A stretch of 64,000 nt of DNA from NCBI GenBank assembly GCA_038893355.1, contig JAWARQ010000001.1, positions 224,001 through 288,000 of the forward strand, written 5' to 3'. The notes below the pieces were generated by a model. The model had not been told where the DNA came from. It saw nothing but the letters and a program-made list of their open reading frames with translations, and ran no database searches. Positions 12,978 through 20,773 of this stretch are shown piece after piece. Made by a program: the position numbers and the translations under genes. Source of the stretch: Sulfolobaceae archaeon (GTDB lineage: Archaea > Thermoproteota > Thermoprotei_A > Sulfolobales > Sulfolobaceae). How positions within the stretch are numbered: the stretch's first letter is position 1; every line of letters begins with the position of its first letter.

Positions 12978-14673
12978 GCACTATCACCTGCTTTAATCTA
13001 CCGCCTGGTGGTAAAGTAGGTAAGGCTAACTCATTTTTGTCGATAGGAAGTCTTATTATCGTTGGAACATTCTCCTTAATAGCAATTCTTAATGACTTTT
13101 CTAATTCTTCATAGGAATCTGCATTAAATCCTAATGCGCCAAAAGCCTCAGCAAATTTGACAAAGTCTGGAGATGGTCCATAATCTACTCCAACTATTCT
13201 CTTATTCTGGAATAAATCTTGAACTTGCCTTACTAATCCTAAAGTTCTGTTATCAAAGATTACAACTATAACTGGAATACCCTCATCAACTGCTGTTGCA
13301 AGGTTTGTAGCTGTCATTAAAAACGAACCGTCACCATCTAGATCTACCACGATCTTATCTGGTTTTGCTAGTTTTGCACCCATTGCTGCAGGTAAACCAA
13401 ACCCCATAGTACCCATTCCAGTAGATGATAGGAACGTTCTAGGTTCTAATACTTCCCAAAATACTTCAGCCCACATTTGATGCTGTCCTACACCAGTAGT
13501 TACTATTGCATCCCTTGGTAATACCTTCCTAATTACCTTTAATATCTTCCATGGCTTTAGTTTTCCTGGTTCATCGTAGTAATAAAACTGTGAATAGTAC
13601 TCCTTTAGTTCCTTAACCCTTTTTAGCCAACTAGAGTTATCTCTCTTAATTCCGATACTTACTACTGCCTTTATTAATTCTCTTAGAATTATTTTAGCAT
13701 CTCCAAATAGGCTAACATCCATTTTTATTGATCTTTCGGCATCAGTAGGATCTATATTTATCATTATAAATTTCTTTCTCGTTTCAATCATTTCGTCATA
13801 TGAGGTGAAGGTTCTATCGCTTAGTCTAGCTCCTACTATTAGCATAACATCTGCCTCTAAAGCCGCAAACGAAGCTTCAGCTCTGCCATAGTAACCCATA
13901 GGACCTACGTAGAGTGGGTGATCATGTGGTATTGCAGACTTCCCTGGAAGAGTAGATACGATAGGACTCTGTAATATTTCTGCTAGTTCTAGAACTTCTG
14001 GAGTAGCATTAGACCATACTACTCCGGTTCCAACTAATATTATCGGTCTTTCTGCATTTATTAAAAGTTCTGCAGCACGTTTAAGTGAGACAGTATCAAT
14101 TATTGTTTTAAATGGCTTATATCCTCTGACAACTGGTTCTTCAGGCCATTTTATCTCATCTATCTTTTCTAATTGAACATCTCTAGGGATATCTATTATT
14201 ACAGGTCCTGGTCGACCTGTTGTAGCTATATAGAATGCGTTTTTTACCCAAATTGGTATTTCATCAATTCTCTTTATTTGTACGGCATACTTTGCTATAT
14301 GAAATCCTACACCAGGGGTATCAGCTTCTTGAAATGCCATTTTTCCTATTGAATTTCTAACAACTTGTCCAGTTATTGCAATAACTGGCGAGCTATCCCA
14401 ATATGCAGTTATTAATCCAGTTGTAAGGTTCATTGCACCAGGACCAGAGGTTGCAGTACATACTCCAGGAAAACCGGTTACTCTTGCATAACCATCTGCT
14501 GCATGTGCTGCTGCTTGCTCGTGTCTCATTAATACATGCCTTAATTCTCCCCTTTCTAAATCCTCTAAGAATGCATCGTAAAATGGCATATTCGTTAATC
14601 CAGGGATTCCAAATATAACTTTTACACCTTCTCTTTTTAGAGAATCAACTAATAATCTAGCACCTGTCGGCAA
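12955..14673 (-). CDS. ilvB: Acetolactate synthase large subunit
   Basis: FGIPG, MRHEQAAAHAADGYAR, TSGPG, TPP motif DGDGSF...DN; TTG start 5 nt after GGTGT. Confidence 0.98.
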
Positions 14674-14761
14674 TTTTCACACCTTCTTCTTCTGAGAATT
14701 TCTTATTGTTAAAAAATCCTCTAGTAGATTGAAATATATCAAATTTGGAGGGTAAACTCAC
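14657..14761 (-). CDS. Putative 34-aa leader peptide upstream of ilvB
   Basis: GTG at 14761 gives MSLPSKFDIFQSTRGFFNNKKFSEEEGVKIADRC*. Spans the ilvB leader and overlaps the ilvB start by 17 nt; preceded by AGGTGA. Confidence 0.4.
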   Translation of the reverse strand: MSLPSKFDIFQSTRGFFNNKKFSEEEGVKIADRC

Positions 14762-14802
14762 CTGTCACCTTTCTTCACGCTTAGTTAACTCACGAATTTA
14801 TA

Positions 14803-14810
14803 TTTTTAAA
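14803..14810 (-). promoter_or_regulatory. Putative TATA box of the ilv operon
   Basis: TTTAAAAA on the minus strand, predicting a TSS near 14780-14778. Confidence 0.5.
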
Positions 14811-14858
14811 TATTACGCTGAAATTTTAATATACCCCATTTAAAAATCGTTTAATACC

Positions 14859-15350
14859 CTAAATGTGTTTTTTAATAAAATCTAATAATTCATTAAAAGA
14901 CTTTACATCTTTCCACATTTCTATGCATTTAATGTTACCATTATAGAGCCATACATAACCAAAGTGTTGTCTCCTATCATCTACGAATAATATCTCTTCT
15001 GGTTTTATTTGGATTCCCCGCTCTATTAGCATCCTAATTATTTCTTTTATCATTATAAACTTATATGGATAAGGTCTAGAAATTATTATATCAAAATAAT
15101 CTCGTATTTCTAACATTGTTAATATTTTAATTAGTTTTTCTTCATAATTCCATGTTGCCATTCCAATAATTTTCTTCATACTTTTTAGAAATTCTAAAGT
15201 ATCTCTAACCCCTTCAGCTAGCTTAAGTTTGTTACCTTTACTATCAGTTATTGTATCTTTATCAATTCTTATTAATTCTCCTTCAAACTCCGAAATATTG
15301 TGGTGATCCCATAATGTCTTATCCGCATCAAAAATTACTACCTTTATCAT
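14859..15350 (-). CDS. Magnesium-dependent phosphatase-1 (HAD superfamily)
   Basis: FDADKTLW motif I, ATWN, LFVDDR; likely start ATG 15350. Confidence 0.88.
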   Translation of the reverse strand: MIKVVIFDADKTLWDHHNISEFEGELIRIDKDTITDSKGNKLKLAEGVRDTLEFLKSMKKIIGMATWNYEEKLIKILTMLEIRDYFDIIISRPYPYKFIMIKEIIRMLIERGIQIKPEEILFVDDRRQHFGYVWLYNGNIKCIEMWKDVKSFNELLDFIKKHI

Positions 15351-15409
15351 TTCATCTCCCTTAAAAACAATAGAATTTCTTTTATTAAATCTCATTCAAT
15401 CATACATAT

Positions 15410-16372
15410 ATGCCAAATGGAAAACTACTAACTATTGCAGAGGGTTCATTTGATGGTATAATTGAGATTCAAAACTCATTAAAAACTAGTATATTAGGAA
15501 ATGATAATAAAAAGTATAGTACAATCTTTGAAGTTAAGAAAGATCCTACTAACGTTTTTCTTATTATCTTCACAGAGTCCAGAAGTACTGTTAATAAATG
15601 GAGGGTATGGATTAATCATTTCTCTTTAACTAAGGAATTTAAACCAAATTTAGATATAAAATTAGATAATAATAAAAATTATTATATAGTAATATATGAT
15701 ATCACTCCTATTATTAAAAATGAATTACAAAAGTATGAAGTAGTTGTAGAGTATTCTGGAGCAGAACCATTAAAGATAGATAACATTTCATTTATTTCAT
15801 TTTATAAAATTAATAGTTTTAATACTAATTATAAATTAAATATAGGTAAAATATTACTTAAATCCAATGAAGAAATTTACCTTGATAGTCTAGGTAGAAA
15901 TTTTATGATTGCAAAAAATCCGAATTCTACTAAAATGATCATTTATTATAATAATAATGAATCTTACGAGCTTTCTGGACCTTTTGATAATGAAGAGTTT
16001 GAGTTTGAAGGTAGTGGTAAAGTTAAGATTAAGCATGATGGTTATTCAAATTCTGCATTGAGTATAATTAGTTTCCATACAATGCAGGTTAAAGAACCAA
16101 AAATTGATTTAGAATTGAATGGTAAGATAGTTGATGGTGTACTAAAGTTTGATATAATTAATAAAAGTGAAATCGATCTAGATAAGGTAATAATAAATGT
16201 AATGGTTAATGGTATTACCCAATTTTACAAAGTATGTGATAATGTTAAAATTAATTTTTATGAAAAATATGAAATTCCAATAAAAGCAAAAAATGGTATT
16301 ATTTCTCTACGTATAGTAGGTGTGAAGGCAAGTATAAGAAAGGTATTCGAGAAACAGTATAAATTAGGGTAA
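15410..16372 (+). CDS. Hypothetical beta-rich protein
   Basis: 320-aa ORF, N/I/K-rich, no motif I recognise. Confidence 0.75.
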   Translation: MPNGKLLTIAEGSFDGIIEIQNSLKTSILGNDNKKYSTIFEVKKDPTNVFLIIFTESRSTVNKWRVWINHFSLTKEFKPNLDIKLDNNKNYYIVIYDITPIIKNELQKYEVVVEYSGAEPLKIDNISFISFYKINSFNTNYKLNIGKILLKSNEEIYLDSLGRNFMIAKNPNSTKMIIYYNNNESYELSGPFDNEEFEFEGSGKVKIKHDGYSNSALSIISFHTMQVKEPKIDLELNGKIVDGVLKFDIINKSEIDLDKVIINVMVNGITQFYKVCDNVKINFYEKYEIPIKAKNGIISLRIVGVKASIRKVFEKQYKLG

Positions 16373-17215
16373 TGGAAAACTTCCAAGAAAGAATGCTATA
16401 ATACCTATTAATGCGGAAATTTTTAAATAACTTCTTGCCTTAGCTGCGTCATCTATATTTTCTTTACTAAAAATTACTAAGAGGATAAATAAATCAGTTA
16501 TAGATACTAAAATTAAATAAATAAAATTAAAATTAAATAATAAAATCGGTAGGGGGGATATTGCTATTATTATTAATAATATTATTTTACTAATTTTCCA
16601 GGCTCTTTCTATCCCTAATCTTACTGCTATTGTTTTAACATTATATGTCTTATCACCCTCATAATCTTCAATTCCTTTTACTATCTCTCTAGAGATTGTT
16701 AAAAGAAAAGAATAAATAAATGGTACTAAAGCTGGTAAGATTCTATCAATGCTTTGAGTGTAACTTAATGCCCCATAGACGAATACTAATGAGCTATCTG
16801 TTGCTATAACTATATTACCCCAAAATCCGGTCTTTTTAATTTTTTTAGCATAAAAAAATAATGAAATAATAACTAATATTGTAATAATAATTAATAATGT
16901 ATTATTAAGAAATACTGAGGATATTATTGATATAGAGAAGAAAACTATTGTGATATACCAGGCTTCCTTAATACTTACCTTACCAGATGGCAAAGGTCTA
17001 TTAGGCTTATTTATTTTATCAATCTCTATATCATAGATATCATTTATAACATATCCACCAGCGGATGTTAAACCTACTATCGCTGCACTTAATATGAGAT
17101 ATTGTAATTTATCTAACGCCCAATTAGATGCTATAAGAAAACCAGTTATTGCACCAATCGATGATCCCAACACATTATGAATCCTTACAAGTTGAAGAAT
17201 ATCCCTAATTCTCAC
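16364..17215 (-). CDS. UbiA-family prenyltransferase, likely digeranylgeranylglyceryl phosphate synthase
   Basis: NDIYDIEIDKINKPNRPLPSG, REIVKGIEDYEGD, multiple TM segments; likely GTG start at 17215. Confidence 0.9.
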   Translation of the reverse strand: MRIRDILQLVRIHNVLGSSIGAITGFLIASNWALDKLQYLILSAAIVGLTSAGGYVINDIYDIEIDKINKPNRPLPSGKVSIKEAWYITIVFFSISIISSVFLNNTLLIIITILVIISLFFYAKKIKKTGFWGNIVIATDSSLVFVYGALSYTQSIDRILPALVPFIYSFLLTISREIVKGIEDYEGDKTYNVKTIAVRLGIERAWKISKIILLIIIAISPLPILLFNFNFIYLILVSITDLFILLVIFSKENIDDAAKARSYLKISALIGIIAFFLGSFPLP

Positions 17216-17250
17216 GAAATTTAAAAAGTTACAAGTTTTAATAAATATTT

Positions 17251-17448
17251 GTGTCTGAAGAAAAGGAGCTTGAGATAGCAATAAAATACTTTAAGGAAAA
17301 TGTTTCAGTTGGTGAATTCATAGCGCTCAGGGAATTAAAATATAGGGGGGTAAAAGATCCAGAAAAGGTAATAGCTAAGCTGATACGTATGGGAGTTATA
17401 GAGAAGGGTGAAGGTTGTTATAATTTGGTAAGGAAGGAAAAAAGATGA
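17251..17448 (+). CDS. PolB1-binding protein PBP2-like small winged-helix protein
   Basis: 65 aa; [13 protein letters not shown]...[17 protein letters not shown] matches my recollection of Sulfolobales PBP2. Confidence 0.78.
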   Translation: MSEEKELEIAIKYFKENVSVGEFIALRELKYRGVKDPEKVIAKLIRMGVIEKGEGCYNLVRKEKR

Positions 17449-18341
17449 GAATGAAAGTCAAATTGTTTATCTACATAAATAGTTTTATCCTTATATAATT
17501 TAAAAATGAAACCAATACTTTTCCATAACCTTTCAAGAAATGATGTTATTAAATATTGTTTTGTAATTTCCTTTATAATCATTAACTTTGCTTTATTATA
17601 TTCTTCCCATGAATTATTTTTAATACCATATATTAATGGGTCTAACAATAATGAAATTGAAAATATCCCGCCACCTGTGAAGGTTTTAATTAAGCCAGTT
17701 GAGTCACCAATTCTTAAGTCATTAAATATTTTAGGCTTTACTCTAGGAATTGCACCACCATGAATTTCAAAAATTCTTTTATCTAATCTAGGTATAAATA
17801 AGTTAGGATTTTGATAAGATAATGCACCAACTAGTGTTCGATCTGGTAAAGGGACAATCCATCCGAATCCGCCCATATTTTTTGAATTTATGTGAACTAT
17901 AATTCTATCTTCATTTATAGGTTCTTGAGTATACTCAATTGCTCTAATCCATTTGCATTTTCCTTTCCATCCACTAGCATTTATTACTAATCCTTCATAT
18001 TTTTCCTTTCCATCCATAATAATATAATTATTTATGATATTAACATTTCTAGGTCTTATAGTATTTACTTCTCTATCTAAGAATTCTTCTAGTTTCTCTC
18101 TATTTAATCTAATTATATTTGCTCTTATATATACACTATATTTATTATTATAGACAATTTCTATTTCCTTAAATTTATAATCAATAAATTCTTTTGAAAT
18201 ACCTAATCTTTCGAAGGTACTTTCACTTATTATTCCAGTGCATTTTTTACCAGCTTTCCATCTCCTATCAAATACTAATGGTTTGAATTCAATAAGCTTG
18301 TATGCCGTAAGTAATCCAGCTATTCCTCCTCCTACAATCAA
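17418..18341 (-). CDS. FAD-dependent oxidoreductase, geranylgeranyl reductase-like
   Basis: [37 protein letters not shown]; TTGA overlap with speD. Confidence 0.85.
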   Translation of the reverse strand: MIVGGGIAGLLTAYKLIEFKPLVFDRRWKAGKKCTGIISESTFERLGISKEFIDYKFKEIEIVYNNKYSVYIRANIIRLNREKLEEFLDREVNTIRPRNVNIINNYIIMDGKEKYEGLVINASGWKGKCKWIRAIEYTQEPINEDRIIVHINSKNMGGFGWIVPLPDRTLVGALSYQNPNLFIPRLDKRIFEIHGGAIPRVKPKIFNDLRIGDSTGLIKTFTGGGIFSISLLLDPLIYGIKNNSWEEYNKAKLMIIKEITKQYLITSFLERLWKSIGFIFKLYKDKTIYVDKQFDFHSHLFSFLTKL

Positions 18342-18709
18342 AATCTTGATGATCTATCCTCCTCTTTTATCGTATACCTTTTAGCCTTAAGCTTCTCGAC
18401 TATATATAAGAATGCAGCTTTTGGATTAGTATGGGAACCACATGAATATACGTCGACTGTCGCAAAAAGATATTCTGGCCACGTGTGAATAGTTATATGG
18501 CTTTCTAGTATTATTGCGATCACACTTACTCCTAAACCTATCTTGTAAGATTTAATATCTAGTAATTTCATATTTCCTACGTTTGTTGCCTCTATAACTA
18601 TTTCCTTAAGTTTTTCCTCATCAACTAAGATATCTTTGTCACATTCATATAATTCTCCCATTACTTGTCTTCCTATAACATTTGTCGTATACACTTGTGC
18701 CCCCATCAT
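18338..18709 (-). CDS. speD: S-adenosylmethionine decarboxylase proenzyme (pyruvoyl)
   Basis: [21 protein letters not shown] (E-S cleavage site), DVYSCG. Could be the arginine decarboxylase paralogue, but recalled synteny favours SAMDC. Start ATG 18709 or 18706. Confidence 0.85.
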   Translation of the reverse strand: MMGAQVYTTNVIGRQVMGELYECDKDILVDEEKLKEIVIEATNVGNMKLLDIKSYKIGLGVSVIAIILESHITIHTWPEYLFATVDVYSCGSHTNPKAAFLYIVEKLKAKRYTIKEEDRSSRF

Positions 18710-18723
18710 CCCCCCACACCCAT
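18706..18723 (-). CDS. Putative leaderless micro-uORF MGVGG* coupled to speD
   Basis: ATG GGT GTG GGG GGA TGA; the stop overlaps both speD ATGs; BRE/TATA (GGTAAA-TA-CTTAAATA, 18760-18745) at leaderless spacing. Confidence 0.4.
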   Translation of the reverse strand: MGVGG

Positions 18724-18965
18724 TATTTAAACCCCCATATATCATATTTAAGTATTTACCCCTTCTTCATCTAACTATGTACTTCAAATATTCTTATTCT
18801 GGAATTCATTTTACATATACAATAGTTTGAAATAAGAGATTATACAGTTCGAAAATACTAAGAGATATTAGACCTAAATATAATTTTTAAATTTAATTTA
18901 TGAAAAATATCAGTAACCCCTTTATGCTTAAGTTTATAATAAGGCATAGGGAATTAAATTTGTAG

Positions 18966-19247
18966 ATGCCAATTAGACGTTTAGTTTTAGATGTTCTTAA
19001 ACCAATACGTGGTACTAGTATAGTTGATCTTGCAGAAAAAATATCAATGTTAGACGGGATAGAAGGTGTGAATATAAGTGTTACTGATATGGATGTCGAA
19101 ACTATGGGTTTAATGATAGTAATTGAAGGGCAAAGAATAAATTTTGATGAGGTAAAAAAGACTTTAGAAGAAGAAGGATGTGCTATACATAGCATTGACG
19201 AAGTAGTTAGTGGTGAAAAATTAGTTGAAAGCAGGCGCTATAAATAA
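18966..19247 (+). CDS. DUF211-family protein
   Basis: [32 protein letters not shown] signature. Confidence 0.88.
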   Translation: MPIRRLVLDVLKPIRGTSIVDLAEKISMLDGIEGVNISVTDMDVETMGLMIVIEGQRINFDEVKKTLEEEGCAIHSIDEVVSGEKLVESRRYK

Positions 19248-20182
19248 TGTTATGTGACGTTTGTAAAATAAATGAAGCTTCTGTTTTTCAATCTCATACT
19301 AAAAGGAAATTATGTAAAAAATGTTTTATGGAAGATATAAGGAAAAGAGTAGAAGATGAAGTAGAGAGGAAGAAGTTAAAAGGAAAGAAAATACTAGTAG
19401 CAGTATCTGGTGGAAAGGATAGTATTGTACTTACGGATACTTTAGCTAAAATTTTAGATTCCTCCAATTTAATTGCATTAAATATAGAAGAAGGTATACA
19501 TGGTTATAATAGAAGAGAGAATATAATTAAACTTAAAGATTATTTTAAACAATTAGGAGTAGAGTTAGTTCTTACTAGCTTTAAAGAAGATATAGGATTG
19601 ACTTTAGATGAAATGGTTAAGAGAAGTGTTGAAAATAAAGTTAGAATTTCAGCTTGTACTTTTTGCGGTGGATTCAGGAGGAAAATAATGAATGAATTTG
19701 GTAGAAAGTATAATGTAGATTTCGTAGCTACAGGACATAATTTAGATGATGAGGCACAAACTATAATTATTAACTTATTAAGAGGCGATATAAATCGGTT
19801 AATAAGATTTGGAGAGAATATGGTAAGGGTAAGTGAAAAGTTTGTACCTAGAGTAAAACCTTTAAGAAAAATTTATGAATGGGAGACTACAACATATGCC
19901 TACTTTTTAGGGTTTGAGTTTCAGGATACTGAATGTCCTTATATAATATCAAGACCGACCTTAAGGGCTAAGGTTAGGGAATTATTATATGAAATCGAGG
20001 AAATATATCCAGGTACATTGTTAAGAATTGTGGAAAATTTTGATAAGATAGCAGATAGAGTTAAATCTAGCGTAAATATTACGAGACTCTCTGAGTGTAT
20101 AATATGTGGCGAGCCTACTACACCACAGAGAAAGGTTTGTAAGAATTGCGAATTACTTATGTTAATAAATTATAAAAAATAA
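19247..20182 (+). CDS. TtuA/Ncs6-family tRNA 2-thiolation PP-loop ATPase
   Basis: N- and C-terminal Zn fingers, SGGKDS, CTFCG, ATGHNLDDE, ECPY. Confidence 0.9.
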   Translation: MLCDVCKINEASVFQSHTKRKLCKKCFMEDIRKRVEDEVERKKLKGKKILVAVSGGKDSIVLTDTLAKILDSSNLIALNIEEGIHGYNRRENIIKLKDYFKQLGVELVLTSFKEDIGLTLDEMVKRSVENKVRISACTFCGGFRRKIMNEFGRKYNVDFVATGHNLDDEAQTIIINLLRGDINRLIRFGENMVRVSEKFVPRVKPLRKIYEWETTTYAYFLGFEFQDTECPYIISRPTLRAKVRELLYEIEEIYPGTLLRIVENFDKIADRVKSSVNITRLSECIICGEPTTPQRKVCKNCELLMLINYKK

Positions 20183-20183
20183 C

Positions 20184-20723
20184 TTAGAAATATTTGTTAA
20201 TATCAAAGATACGTTCTTGAATTCCTTTTCTCTTATTTGCGACTATTGCCATTATGAATAATAAAGAAGAGAGTCTATTTAAATAAATTAAAATATTATT
20301 ATTAATAATATTTATATTATCTTTTATATCTTTTTTTAATTTTACAAATTCTCTTTCAACTCTTCTCACGACAGTTCTCGCAATATGTAATATCACTGAA
20401 ATTTCACTACCACCCGGTAATACAAAAAGTTTAACTGGTCCACTCTCTTTCCTATATTTTATAATCCTCTCTTCTAACCACTTTATATCATTTTCAGATA
20501 TTTTATTTGATTTACCTAAGATATCTTGCCCAATTTTGAATAGGTCTTCTTGTACTTTCATCAGATCTTCAGCGATATCTTGCCATTCTGACTTTACTAT
20601 TGCATATCCAATAAATGCACTTGCCTCATCTAATTCTCCGAGGAAATTAACAATTGGTGAATCCTTACTAACTCTTTTATCCCTAATACTAGTTGTACCA
20701 TCATCGCCTTTTTTAGTAAACAT
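20184..20723 (-). CDS. PduO-type cob(I)alamin adenosyltransferase
   Basis: [38 protein letters not shown]. Confidence 0.93.
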   Translation of the reverse strand: MFTKKGDDGTTSIRDKRVSKDSPIVNFLGELDEASAFIGYAIVKSEWQDIAEDLMKVQEDLFKIGQDILGKSNKISENDIKWLEERIIKYRKESGPVKLFVLPGGSEISVILHIARTVVRRVEREFVKLKKDIKDNINIINNNILIYLNRLSSLLFIMAIVANKRKGIQERIFDINKYF

Positions 20724-20773
20724 TATTCAATTTTTAAAAATCATAGATAATAAGAATTGTGTGGTGAGAAACA

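Noticed and set aside
18710-18745. Extended speD start at ATG 18745 ([12 protein letters not shown]...)
   Set aside because: This ATG overlaps the end of the likely TATA box, so it is probably not transcribed
18761-18915. Largest unexplained intergenic gap, considered as an sRNA or MITE
   Set aside because: No C/D boxes, GC-rich stem or terminal inverted repeats visible by eye; an Infernal/Rfam search would settle it
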